Program-made: the position numbers and the translations under genes
From: a virus
Length of the DNA: 64,000 nucleotides
Virus record (IMG/VR): IMGVR_UViG_3300009514_000515
Coordinates: 1 to 64,000 of that record
Reading direction: 5' to 3' (one strand)
Notes under the pieces: model-generated
What the model saw: only the letters and a program-made list of their open reading frames with translations
Database searches by the model: none
What the model was told of the DNA's origin: nothing
Shown here: positions 6,324 to 17,771 of the stretch, piece after piece
Layout of the letters: each line of letters starts with the position of its first letter
How positions within the stretch are numbered: the stretch's first letter is position 1

Positions 6324-8873
6324 CTAGTTTTTCTCAGACCCCAGAACGGGGTCTGGTTTGCGGAAATAGGTCAGGTCCTGGGCCTTGCCCGAACGGAACA
6401 GTTTCTCCCTGCGCCGGTGCTCGGGACAACAGTAAGACATGGAGTTCTTCATAGAGGTATCGACGAAGTCCTGGTCGCAGTGTCGGTACTGGCACGACTT
6501 CGTCCTCCCCTCAAGGTCTCGCTTCTCCTTACAGGCCGGACAAAGCTGGAAACCCCCGGAAGACTTCTCTTGCCACGTCGACCCGCAGCCCTTGCAGGTG
6601 AACGTCCAGGATGTTCGAGGAGACCTGAGCCGTCTCTTCTGAGCACGCCGATGGCGAGCGTAACAGGTGTCCCCACAGAACCGGCGACTGCTCCTTTTCG
6701 CAAGGAAGTGCTTGCCGCACCCTTCACAGATGGTGGGGATGCCTTCAGAGGCCTTACACGCCTTGCAGACGCCCCTGACCAGGTCCGATTTGCTTTGCAA
6801 ACCCCCACACCTCGAACAGCGAGACAGGGCCATGTCGGGGGCCTCAGAGAGTCTCTGAGGCGGCTCTCCCGGCTTCAGAAACGCCAAGACCTTCTCGTGG
6901 TTCTCCCGATTGCCGAACCGGGGCATTTCGTAACGGAACGTCTCCATACGCCCCAGTCCGAGGTCTCGACAGATTTTGATGGTGTCGGCAACTAGGTTGT
7001 AGCGGGCTTTTCCGACCGTGAAATCGTCGACATTCAAAACCATCCAACCACCAGACCGCAAAGCGACAAAAGCGCGCCTCAGGGCCTCCTGCAGAAACCC
7101 GGTCAACCAGGCCTCGTAGGTGCTGTATCGATTAGACGACTGCATCGGGTCGTCCGCATCGTAGACCTCCCGACACCAGTAAGGAGGGGAGGTGAGAACC
7201 AGGTCGCACGCCGGAGGATTGAAGTCCTCCGCTGGGCTCGAATGCAACTCCACCCGAGGGGATACTCCAGGCACATAATCGTCGAGCCACCTGACCAGGT
7301 GGCTCAGTCGAACAACACCCTCTCGATTAGGGTCACACCCGACATATCGCGGAGCGTGATTCGACAGAACAGACCCCAAAAGACGACCGCCGTATCCCGC
7401 ACAAGGGTCGTAAACGACCCCCCCAGGGCGGCAATAGCGGTCGACCAAAATCTTGGCCACCGACGGACGGAAGTTGTACACCCCCGAGAGCCTCCAGCTA
7501 CGCACGGCCGTTCGAACTTCCGCAGGACTATTCGGACGGCCAGAGAGGGCAAGACGAGAACGCAGGGCCTTTCGTAGAGACTGGGGGTCTAGGAACACCT
7601 GGAGAGGACTCTGCCGAGAACCTCGGCTGAGACCCTCCCAGATGTGCTTGGCAAAGGCATGACAGGTAGCCTGGCCCACTCGGTGGTATTTCAGAGACTC
7701 TCCGTCGCTTCGTAGAACATGCTCCGAGGACAGAGACATCAACGTCTCTAGCTCCTCTGGACGGGGAGACTGATAAGGGAATCCTCTCTCGTGCCAATAG
7801 GCTACCAGGTCATCCAGAAAGGACTCTTGCTGGCCTTCTTCCAGGGTACCCCACCACCGGGAGCGGGAGGCCAATGCCTCGGGAACCTTATCCTCTGGGG
7901 GAGTTCGATGAGGCCTGGCAGGAATTCCCCCTCGGGGCCAATGCTTCGGGGGTATCTTGTGAAGCATGTCCTCCGTTGCGTAGTCCCGCACCAGGTGTAG
8001 AAACACATCCGCACTCCGGGCACGGATGCCCATCTGCCTACAGGTGTCGGTAGATTGTGGGCGAACATACGTATCAAGTCCGAATCTCTTCTGGACCTGA
8101 AGACAGACCTCTTCGGCCTCCTTGTCGCTGATATCCCCAAGGGCAAAGGAAGGGAGACCGTCGCCTAGGCAACCGTCATCGAAATACCAGATAGCCAACC
8201 CCAAGGGACTCAGCCCTTGGAGAACACTCTCCGGGAACACTCTCCTGCCCTCGGGGTAGAACACCTGTCGCATTGATTTCAGCCACACATGCTGAACGGT
8301 CCGGAACGAGAACCCAAAGGTGACGGACCCCGTCCTCTCCATCACCTTCTCCTCATAGGAGATGGTCTTGGACAGAGGTTGGAGGAGGGTGTGCAAACGG
8401 CGTAGGTAGGTCAGCTGGTGCCAGGCATGGCCGACCTTCAAAACCCCTCTCTCCAGAAGATGGCCGTCGCCAAGCATCGTCCCCATCACAACCTGCTTCT
8501 GGTCGTCCGTAAGGAGACTTGTCTTCGTCGCCCGCTCCAACTTGCTGAGGGCTTTGATTCCCCACTTCTCGCGGAGTTTACGTATCGGAAACTTCGAGAC
8601 CCCGTAAAGAGAGCCAATCTGGGTGTCCGACATCTGACTGACCAGGTCGGCCAGAGACGCCGGACTCAGGTCGTCAAGACAGGGACCCTCTCGACCCCTC
8701 CGCTTTCTCTCTCGGGCTGAGATAGTCTCTATACCCCACCGGGACCTCAGACGACATACGGCAACGTCGGAGACCCCATACAGCGACGCAATCTCCGCAT
8801 CCGTGTGCTCCTGGTATAACTCCCGAAGCTGCCCTGGAGTCACCGCCTTTGACAATTTACCCCACTTACCCAC
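6324..8873 (-). CDS. HTH-LAGLIDADG endonuclease-amino-DNA methyltransferase-Zn-ribbon fusion protein
   Basis: GGAGGT RBS and GTG start; two EIASLYGVS-type HTHs; MGTMLGDG and LAIWYFDDG; motif I YDPCAGYGG; motif IV TSPPY; multiple C-terminal CxxC pairs. Confidence 0.85.
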   Translation of the reverse strand: MGKWGKLSKAVTPGQLRELYQEHTDAEIASLYGVSDVAVCRLRSRWGIETISARERKRRGREGPCLDDLSPASLADLVSQMSDTQIGSLYGVSKFPIRKLREKWGIKALSKLERATKTSLLTDDQKQVVMGTMLGDGHLLERGVLKVGHAWHQLTYLRRLHTLLQPLSKTISYEEKVMERTGSVTFGFSFRTVQHVWLKSMRQVFYPEGRRVFPESVLQGLSPLGLAIWYFDDGCLGDGLPSFALGDISDKEAEEVCLQVQKRFGLDTYVRPQSTDTCRQMGIRARSADVFLHLVRDYATEDMLHKIPPKHWPRGGIPARPHRTPPEDKVPEALASRSRWWGTLEEGQQESFLDDLVAYWHERGFPYQSPRPEELETLMSLSSEHVLRSDGESLKYHRVGQATCHAFAKHIWEGLSRGSRQSPLQVFLDPQSLRKALRSRLALSGRPNSPAEVRTAVRSWRLSGVYNFRPSVAKILVDRYCRPGGVVYDPCAGYGGRLLGSVLSNHAPRYVGCDPNREGVVRLSHLVRWLDDYVPGVSPRVELHSSPAEDFNPPACDLVLTSPPYWCREVYDADDPMQSSNRYSTYEAWLTGFLQEALRRAFVALRSGGWMVLNVDDFTVGKARYNLVADTIKICRDLGLGRMETFRYEMPRFGNRENHEKVLAFLKPGEPPQRLSEAPDMALSRCSRCGGLQSKSDLVRGVCKACKASEGIPTICEGCGKHFLAKRSSRRFCGDTCYARHRRAQKRRLRSPRTSWTFTCKGCGSTWQEKSSGGFQLCPACKEKRDLEGRTKSCQYRHCDQDFVDTSMKNSMSYCCPEHRRREKLFRSGKAQDLTYFRKPDPVLGSEKN

Positions 8874-8899
8874 CGAACCACCTCCCTGTTGTAGGATTG

Positions 8900-8929
8900 G
8901 TTCTAACCTGTGGGGCAAAGGACTGTCAA
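8900..8929 (-). promoter_or_regulatory. Candidate host sigma-70 promoter for the LAGLIDADG-MTase gene
   Basis: Perfect TTGACA, 18-nt spacer, weak -10 TAGAAC, just downstream of the capsid terminator. Confidence 0.35.
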
Positions 8930-8961
8930 CCGGATTTAGACAAAAACACCGCGACGTTCAC

Positions 8962-8998
8962 AAAAGGAAAAGGCCGCCTCCTGGTTGGAGACGGCCCT
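8962..8998 (-). terminator. Rho-independent terminator after the major capsid gene
   Basis: GGCCGTCTCC-AACCA-GGAGGCGGCC stem followed by TTTTCCTTTT. Confidence 0.85.
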
Positions 8999-9032
8999 CT
9001 CGGAATCCTTGGCGCTAGCTAGCGCTCAGCCA

Positions 9033-10016
9033 TCAACGAGTGACGGTGAGGCGAACCAGACCACGAGGATTGTACGCCCCAATACCGAGATTCTCGAAGA
9101 CCGAGAATCCGATGGTGCGTTGGCGCGGGTTGTCGGCAGACAGGACCGTGAGTTCCGTGCGAACGGGGATGCGTCCGAACATCTCGGGCTCACAGCAGGC
9201 ATACACGATGCCGGCAGGCACGAGGCGACTGACGATGATTTGGGCGCCCCAGAGGGTTCCCATGAGACCGGTGCGGAGCAGGCTCTGCTGGGTCTCGACA
9301 TCGAGGATGTCACGTCCGAACTTGCGGATGTCGGCGTAGTCCACCGCGTTCATGTAGAGACGCGCGACGCGGAGGTCGTGACGCTCGATGGACGCGAAGG
9401 CATCAGCCAGAACAGCGCCGTTGAGAGGAGCCACGACCGGGATGTCCGGGTTGGTTCCACCGGGAACGCTGTCGAAGCCACTGACGGCGATGGAGTCCAT
9501 GATGGCGAAGACTCGGGAGTCCTCGGCAGCCTGGATTTCCGCACGGGCCAGGTCTTGGGACCGCTCGATGATGTCGTAGCGGCGCTCCTTGATCTGGGTC
9601 AGCGGGATTTCGGGGTTCGAGGCAATCTCGAACAGCGGGAACAGGACGCGGCGGCTCTTGACCATCGCGATGATGTTCTCGCCTTCCTCACCGACGACGA
9701 ACGCTGTGACGTCCGGGTCCTTGTCGTAGATGGGGAGTGCACCGTCGGGGAGCTGCTCGACCAGGAAGGTCTTGCGGCCGACCGCCGTGTAGTCACGACG
9801 GAGACGGAGCGGCTGAGTGAGGCTCAGGGCGAGCTTCTGACGGCCACCTGCGGTACGCAGGAGCTGAGTCACGATGGCTCGACGCTGGGCGGCGGTGACG
9901 TTGCGGCCCGTAGGTCGCTGGAGCATCATTCCTGGGGGAATCATGCCCGGCTGGGGCGGTACGACACCTGTGAATGGCACTGGGAAGGTGCCCTGTCCTT
10001 GGTAGTTCGGGTACAT
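9033..10016 (-). CDS. Major capsid protein (HK97 fold)
   Basis: 327 aa; LTQPLRLRRDYTAVGRKTFLVEQLPDGALPIYDKD, GTLWGAQIIVS, IGFSVFENLG; position after scaffold and decoration genes; strongly biased codons; followed by a terminator. Confidence 0.85.
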   Translation of the reverse strand: MYPNYQGQGTFPVPFTGVVPPQPGMIPPGMMLQRPTGRNVTAAQRRAIVTQLLRTAGGRQKLALSLTQPLRLRRDYTAVGRKTFLVEQLPDGALPIYDKDPDVTAFVVGEEGENIIAMVKSRRVLFPLFEIASNPEIPLTQIKERRYDIIERSQDLARAEIQAAEDSRVFAIMDSIAVSGFDSVPGGTNPDIPVVAPLNGAVLADAFASIERHDLRVARLYMNAVDYADIRKFGRDILDVETQQSLLRTGLMGTLWGAQIIVSRLVPAGIVYACCEPEMFGRIPVRTELTVLSADNPRQRTIGFSVFENLGIGAYNPRGLVRLTVTR

Positions 10017-10029
10017 TGGGTCTCCTCCC

Positions 10030-10707
10030 TCAGATGCGCTGGTCGTAGACCATCAGGTTGACGGAAGAGTCCGCGGGGCACTTGAGGATGGCGATGAGCG
10101 TCGAAGCCGCTCGGCCATGCTCAACTTCGGCAGCGTTGGCAGCGTCGTCCGTAGAACGAGGCGTACCACCACCATCGATGATCTCGCGGGGCATCAGGTA
10201 GCCGTTGCGGCTCGCAATCAGCTCCACACCAACCGTGTACGGGATGGTGTCACCGGTCGCGAAACCGGTGATGGCGCCGCCGTCCAGAACCTGAGTCTCG
10301 AAGAGACCGTTCTGGTACGTGCCCTGGGAACTGAAGTACGGGCCCTTGCCAGAAGCCTGGCCGGGCAGATTCTCGAAGGCGTTGCCGTTGGCTGAGTTGA
10401 TGAAACAACCCAGCGGTCGAACGAACGTCTCCAACGACGGTACGGCCAGACCCTCGGCGTTACCGCCGATGAAGTTGACCCCCGCGTCGGGGCGAGTGAA
10501 AGCGATGCTACCACCGAGGACGCCTTGTCGACTGGTGTCGACCTGCGTCGAAATGGTGCTCGCCGTCGTGACGTGGGGCGGGTTCGTCTGAGAGAAGCTG
10601 TCATCGGTGAGAACACCCACCGAATTTGCCGTCCCCTTGTGGAGAGGGCGCAGTGCAGAACTGCTCTCCGTGAAATCGCCCGACGACTGTCCAAGAAGAC
10701 CGCTCAT
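10030..10707 (-). CDS. Putative capsid decoration/cement protein
   Basis: GGAGGAG RBS; Gly/Ser/Thr-rich beta protein immediately upstream of MCP. Confidence 0.55.
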   Translation of the reverse strand: MSGLLGQSSGDFTESSSALRPLHKGTANSVGVLTDDSFSQTNPPHVTTASTISTQVDTSRQGVLGGSIAFTRPDAGVNFIGGNAEGLAVPSLETFVRPLGCFINSANGNAFENLPGQASGKGPYFSSQGTYQNGLFETQVLDGGAITGFATGDTIPYTVGVELIASRNGYLMPREIIDGGGTPRSTDDAANAAEVEHGRAASTLIAILKCPADSSVNLMVYDQRI

Positions 10708-10822
10708 GAGCTTGTCTCCTCCCTGTTTACAGTGACGGAACAGACGAGGGCTACCCGCCCTCGAACGAGGACCCACCACGGGACCTCTACTCTTACGGGG
10801 CAGCTATCAAGTCGTTATCGAC

Positions 10823-10870
10823 AAAAAAGAGAGACCCCCGACCCTGACTGGCAGGACCGGGGGTCTCTTC
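10823..10870 (-). terminator. Rho-independent terminator after the scaffold gene
   Basis: AGAGACCCCCG...CGGGGGTCTCT stem followed by CTTTTTT. Confidence 0.85.
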
Positions 10871-10894
10871 GAGACTCTCGGAACTCGGCGGGGC

Positions 10895-12588
<1,694 letters not shown>

Positions 12589-12592
<4 letters not shown>

Positions 12593-15500
12593 GATGTACT
12601 CCTCTGTTCTGCCGCCCAATGAGCGAGCATGTTTCCGAGTCGGACCAAGGTACGCGACTCACATTCGGTGGGACTTCTCCGCATGGATTGTCCGCAGGCC
12701 TGGACATAGGTCCCGACATTTGGATACCGGTTGGTTGGGCCCACCCTCAATGCAGCCCGGTAGACATCCACCGGGACTGTAACTCCAAAAGCGTTGTTGA
12801 TGCTGGCCACACCATTCACCAACGCGATGTCACTGGGTGCCATCTGACGAACAGCATTGATGCTCGCCCGATACACCCGACCAGTAAACTCTCGCTGTTG
12901 AGATTGGACCCGAAGAACGGCTTGGCGGACGAGGTTGTCGTCCTCCTCGGTTGTCTTCCGGGCGGATTCTGCCTCTTCCGAGCCAGTCCCCTCCATCTCT
13001 TCTCGAATTCTCTTCACGGTCCGGCGACCGACCTCGTCCTTGACGTCGTCAACCAGGTCTCCGAAGAAGTCTTTCTCGCCACCACTACCACCACCCTCGT
13101 CCTCATCCGGACCGCCGAAGTCAAACTGTGCCGTCCGGTAGGCCTCCACCAGGGTGGCTGCCTTGACGAATCCGCGAAGGGACTCAGGACTCCAGGACTT
13201 CGGGGGAGAGGAGATGAGGTCGACAGCCCTCTTGAGGTTGTCGGGCGTGAGGTCCTCGGGGACCAATATGTTGCGAAGGACGGCGCCCTGGAAAGCCGCA
13301 ACGGCGACCCAGGAGGCCTCGATGAACCGGACTCCGCCGGTCTCGCCCGCGGTCTTGTGTCCGCAAAGCTCAGCGACTCGATGGCGCTGTCCCAGTTCAT
13401 CAAAGAAGATGCTGCCCTTGTTGCCGTGCCGAATGCAGTGACACATCCCCGGCTCGTCCACAGCGACGTTGCCGCACTTGGTGCAGATACTGAAGTCGAT
13501 AGAGCAATTGTGTACCGCCACCCCCTCAACCAGGTAGCTGTGATCTTCCTCGACCTCCATATCGTAGACCCACCCTTGATGGTCGTCCTCCTCGATGGAA
13601 GTGATGGGGAAGATGACGATGTCATCCAGAACTCTGAGGTGTCTCTTGTCGAAGTGGGAGTTGCCCGGAGCTTTGTCGGTATAGGAACTCAGCTCCTTAG
13701 CCACCGTTTGACCAAACACGAGCCTGAAAGCCGGCAGCTTACCTGTGTCCTCGTCCCGGACAACGACTCCGCCGTTCATGACCTCCTGAACCTCGCGGGC
13801 ACGCCCCTTGACGCTACACTCAAGGCGAACAAACAAACCACATCTCATGCTAAGAGCATGAAGCTGGCACGCCAGGTCATAGGAGGTGGTCGTTCCTGAG
13901 GTCTGCCTATGGGCGTGGTTCCACAGGGTTCCATCGCCAGACAACCAACATCCCAGGAGGTGTTTCTGACATTCAGTCGACCAGGCCATAACCTCGGGAC
14001 TGAGGACCTTCCGGTTGCTATACTCCCCTCCGTGGTCGAGGAACCACTTTGCGATGTCGCGTCCACAAACGTGAACCGCACAGGTGTTCCTGTCAGAGCG
14101 ATCCTGTGTCCAGGGCGAACACCCGGGGAACTCTTCCTGGAGAAGCTCCACAACCTCTTGGACGTAGGTGTTGCGTTCCTCCATCGAGAAGTTGAATTGA
14201 ACCTCGACAGGCTCTCCCTTCCTCTTCAGGAAAGATCCCTCCGCAAGGAAGTACCCCAGAAGGCGGGCCCGCCCTGTGCTTGCATCCACACCGACAGAGG
14301 CGAACTCAGTCCTGGGGAAGCACAGGTAGTCTCCCACCCGTAGCTCATCTGCTCGGACTTCCTCAACCTCCTGCTGCCGCTCGATGTCTTCGAGTTGAGA
14401 CTGCCGACGGCGCAGTTCTTCCAGGGAATACGTCCCGTTCGGATTGAGAATGCGAGCCCGATGTCCGCGCTTGAACCTCTTGCCCATTCTGCGGACAGGG
14501 TCCTTGGACTTTCGTGCGTGAAGGGACTCGCCGCAACCGCAAGCACACGTCTCCCGAGGTCGGAGAACAAAGAAGGGGTGGTTGTCTGTCGCCTTGATAG
14601 TGCTCGGCACACCCACGGCTTTGATCTTGCGAGTAGACCAAACTCCTTTGCGATGTTGCTTGTTCAGCACCTCGCGGGGAACTCCCTTGTGGGAGATGAC
14701 CATATCGCCTGGAACGATGTCCTCAATCGCCACCCGCCGACCATCGGCCATTGTCACCTGCGTACCCGCCAGGAAACACCCCATCGATAGGGTCGACATA
14801 CGTCCCTGTTCGATGGCCGCGATGAGCTGGCGGTGTTTGCGGTTGGTCGCAATGAGAATGTCGACGTAGAGGCTGTCCCCGATGTCGCGGGCAACGGCAT
14901 CGACGATGCGACCCTTGCTCTGCTCGGGGATTTGAACGTGCTCAACGAAGTTGTAGCCGCCGATGAACGTCGGGTAGCTCATCGCCAGAACGGGACGGTC
15001 CCACGCATCACAGTTATGTACCGCCATCCCATTAGCGACGTAAGAATGGTCCTGGTCGACCTCGATGTTGTAGACGGGCCCCTCATAGTCTAGGACCTGC
15101 ATGTCCCCCAGCATCTGGAGGTGGTACCCATTCAGGAACCGAAGGTCAGGGGCATTCTGAATCCCTCCGCGCTCCTCCACGCAAGTGAAGTACTGGTGCT
15201 CATACACAGTCTCTCGCACCAGCTCAGGAATCCACCCACCGCCACAGGAGACATGCCATCCGACATGCTTCTTAGTGGGGTCGCTAACCACTCGAACCTC
15301 GCCGTCAATCACGAGACGTTTACGACCCTCTTGCTCAGAACGACACAATCTGGAAGACACCCCCAGACGGCGCAAAACCATCTGCATTTGATTGGCCAGG
15401 GACCGACACGCAGTGCTCCCGACCAAACGCAGGTCAGACTCCGTTTCTAGGAAAGAGCCGTCTCCCTCAAACCAGCCTCTCACAACCTCCATCTGGATAT

Positions 15501-16617
15501 CGAAAGGGGCCCGCATCAGGTCAGGGTGAAGTGTCTTCGTCTTCGCCCCCTCACCCCTTACCCAATGAGAGAAAAAACCTGCCAGGTCTCGGTTGGTTCT
15601 GGTAGTGACGTGTATTCCATTGTCGTCGGCATGTTCTCGGATGACACCTTCGACCCCAAACTCCGACTTGAGCAGCTCGACAATGTCCTTTGCCAAGGTG
15701 CCCGTCTCATCCTGATGGAGAGCCCAAACAGCACCTACCCTTTCGTTATCGTTATCATTGAAACCATAGAGTTCGTAATACCCTTCGGCAGCAAACAGGC
15801 CAATGAGACGAGCCTGTCCAAGTGTCAGGTCAACGTCCTGAGTACTCCGGTCCACGGGCACAGCAGTATAGTCCCGACTTGAAAGGTCTTTTGTTTCGAC
15901 GAACTCTCCTCTCTTCTCCGCCAGCAATTCCCGATTCGTTCGGCGCAACTCCTGGTAGCACTTGGACCCACAGTAGAACTTGCCAAGCAGGTGACTTATC
16001 GCTCCCAACTTCCTGTAGACAGCCGTCCCGCAGTTGGCACAAGAGTGGTTGGGGCGGAACACGAAAAACGGATGTTCTCCAGTGGCGTAAGTCCGTTCCG
16101 TCGTCCCTCTCGGGTTCAGTTCGTATATCTCTCCCTGAATGTCCCGACGGAACGTATGCGTGACCTTTCGGCGCCTTCCGAGGTGGGTAACAACCTCGTC
16201 CCCCACTTCGACGTCCTCAATAGACTTGACCGTTCCGTCGGCCATCGTAATGAGGGTTCCTGGGGTGAAGCAATTGTTGTTGATCCACTGGTCGCACTTC
16301 GGGTCCACTCGGAAGTTGGCGAACTTCCTGTTAGGAGAGAACCCGTACATGTTCGGGGAGGCTGCCGTCTTCCAATTGGGAACCTCAACTGTATCCACAC
16401 TGGCCACGATGGTGGCGTGGCTCAGGAGGTAGTTGGCCGGGGAGAACGCATCCGAGAGGATGTCACTCGCCTGTTCCAGGAGGTTCTTCGGAACGTGCGT
16501 GGTCGCCGTACGAACGTTGCTTCCCAGCGCGTCACCTACACGAACGCCTTGATGCCACACACCCAAGGAGGTGTCTGACCGCGTCGTGACAGCATTTGCG
16601 TATCGTAGGAAGCCCAT
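12589..16617 (-). CDS. Prohead (capsid maturation) protease interrupted by two inteins; spliced product about 498 aa
   Basis: Extein reads NNNCDAWDRP...FVEH...KGRIVDA...TLSMGC...CTKCG...FIEASWV, the His, SMG-Ser and ExSxV pattern of phage head proteases. Confidence 0.75.
13507..14778 (-). mobile_element. Intein 2 with LAGLIDADG homing endonuclease (424 aa)
   Basis: SMG|CFLAGTQVTMADG...ATDNHPF...LLGYFLAEG...GCWLSGDG...VYDMEVEEDHSYLVEGVAVHN|C. Confidence 0.95.
15013..16272 (-). mobile_element. Intein 1 with LAGLIDADG homing endonuclease (420 aa)
   Basis: NNN|CFTPGTLITMADG...ATGEHPF...LIGLFAAEG...GWFEGDG...VYNIEVDQDHSYVANGMAVHN|C. Confidence 0.95.
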
Positions 16618-16623
16618 GATCTC

Positions 16624-17097
16624 TCAGCGATGCTTGAGAATAAGATCGAGAAGTTCGTCGCGGCTCTCCGATTCGGAATGGGCGATACCCACCAGGCTCT
16701 CCATCAGAGCGGTGCGGCGCATGTGGCCACCCCACCACTGAGGAACCCAACCGAACATCTTGCCGGGGGCGTCGAGGAGCTTGGCCAGACCAATGGCGTC
16801 CAGACCGGTGGCCTCGAAGTAGTTGTCGTTGGAGGTCCGAAGGGACACCCTGTGATGCCGATAGCCAGCAACGACATCCCACTTGTTGTCGCGAGAAGTC
16901 ACCGCCAGTTTGAACACCGGGGTGCGCTCGGCCGGACGGAAGATGGCAACCATCCCCTGGTCACTGACCTGGGTTCCGTCCTTGTAGAGGTTGTAGGTGC
17001 GTCCCGTAACCCGGCGCAGATGAGTCTCGATGCCCCTGGTGTGGACAAAGAGGAACCTCTGGAGGGCCTCGGAGTTGGAGACTCGTCTGAGGGCCAT
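16624..17097 (-). CDS. Hypothetical head-module protein
   Basis: 157-aa ORF, GGAGG RBS, translationally coupled. Confidence 0.65.
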   Translation of the reverse strand: MALRRVSNSEALQRFLFVHTRGIETHLRRVTGRTYNLYKDGTQVSDQGMVAIFRPAERTPVFKLAVTSRDNKWDVVAGYRHHRVSLRTSNDNYFEATGLDAIGLAKLLDAPGKMFGWVPQWWGGHMRRTALMESLVGIAHSESESRDELLDLILKHR

Positions 17098-17759
17098 CAG
17101 GAACCTCCTCGCACCAAGCTCAGGAGCGTTGTGTGGGAGGGGGTTGGGAGGACCTTGGGCGGGGGCTCCGACCTGCGGTTGAACGGCAGGATACCCTCGA
17201 TATGGTCCTCACAGACCAGGAACATGCAGCTCTGACACCCCAGAAGGCGCTCGCTGATGCCCTTGTCCCGACGGAAGATGGCCTTGCGGAGGTTACCTCT
17301 GCACTTGGGGCAGGTATAGGAGCCGTTATCTTTCTCGGACTTGGTAGCCCGGTAGCGACGGTCCTTGCTCCTCCAGTAGATGCCCTTACGGTTGGCGAAC
17401 TCCTGGGCGACGTCGGCGGCAATGCCCTCGGCTGCGCTTCGAGGAATGCTCGTCGCGGGTACGACCTTCGACGGGGGGCCGCCGGAGACACTCACCGTAC
17501 CTGCTCCGCCGGGGATGTCCTCAGTACGAGGGGGGATGACTCCGACCCGCTCGGGGTCGAGAATCTGAAGCTCCTCGACCGCTTCGCGGGAAGGACCCCA
17601 AGTCCACTGGACGTCGACGTACCCGATGGCTGGCCACACCGCGACCACCCGACCAGCCCGGGACGGGCTTTGGCCGGTGTGGATGACTACGTCGCCAACC
17701 TGGAACTCGTGTGCACGCTCCTGCTGGTCGACGTAGTATGCCGTACGGGTGTCAGTCAT
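17097..17759 (-). CDS. Hypothetical protein with SH3-like N-terminus and Zn ribbon
   Basis: FQVGDVV...GRVVAVW; CPKC...CQSC. Confidence 0.65.
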   Translation of the reverse strand: MTDTRTAYYVDQQERAHEFQVGDVVIHTGQSPSRAGRVVAVWPAIGYVDVQWTWGPSREAVEELQILDPERVGVIPPRTEDIPGGAGTVSVSGGPPSKVVPATSIPRSAAEGIAADVAQEFANRKGIYWRSKDRRYRATKSEKDNGSYTCPKCRGNLRKAIFRRDKGISERLLGCQSCMFLVCEDHIEGILPFNRRSEPPPKVLPTPSHTTLLSLVRGGS

Positions 17760-17771
17760 CCGGGGGTGTCC

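Noticed and set aside
9033-10016. Encapsulin nanocompartment with ferritin-like cargo
   Set aside because: The HK97-type gene sits with terminase, portal, protease and scaffold, so a viral capsid is the simpler reading
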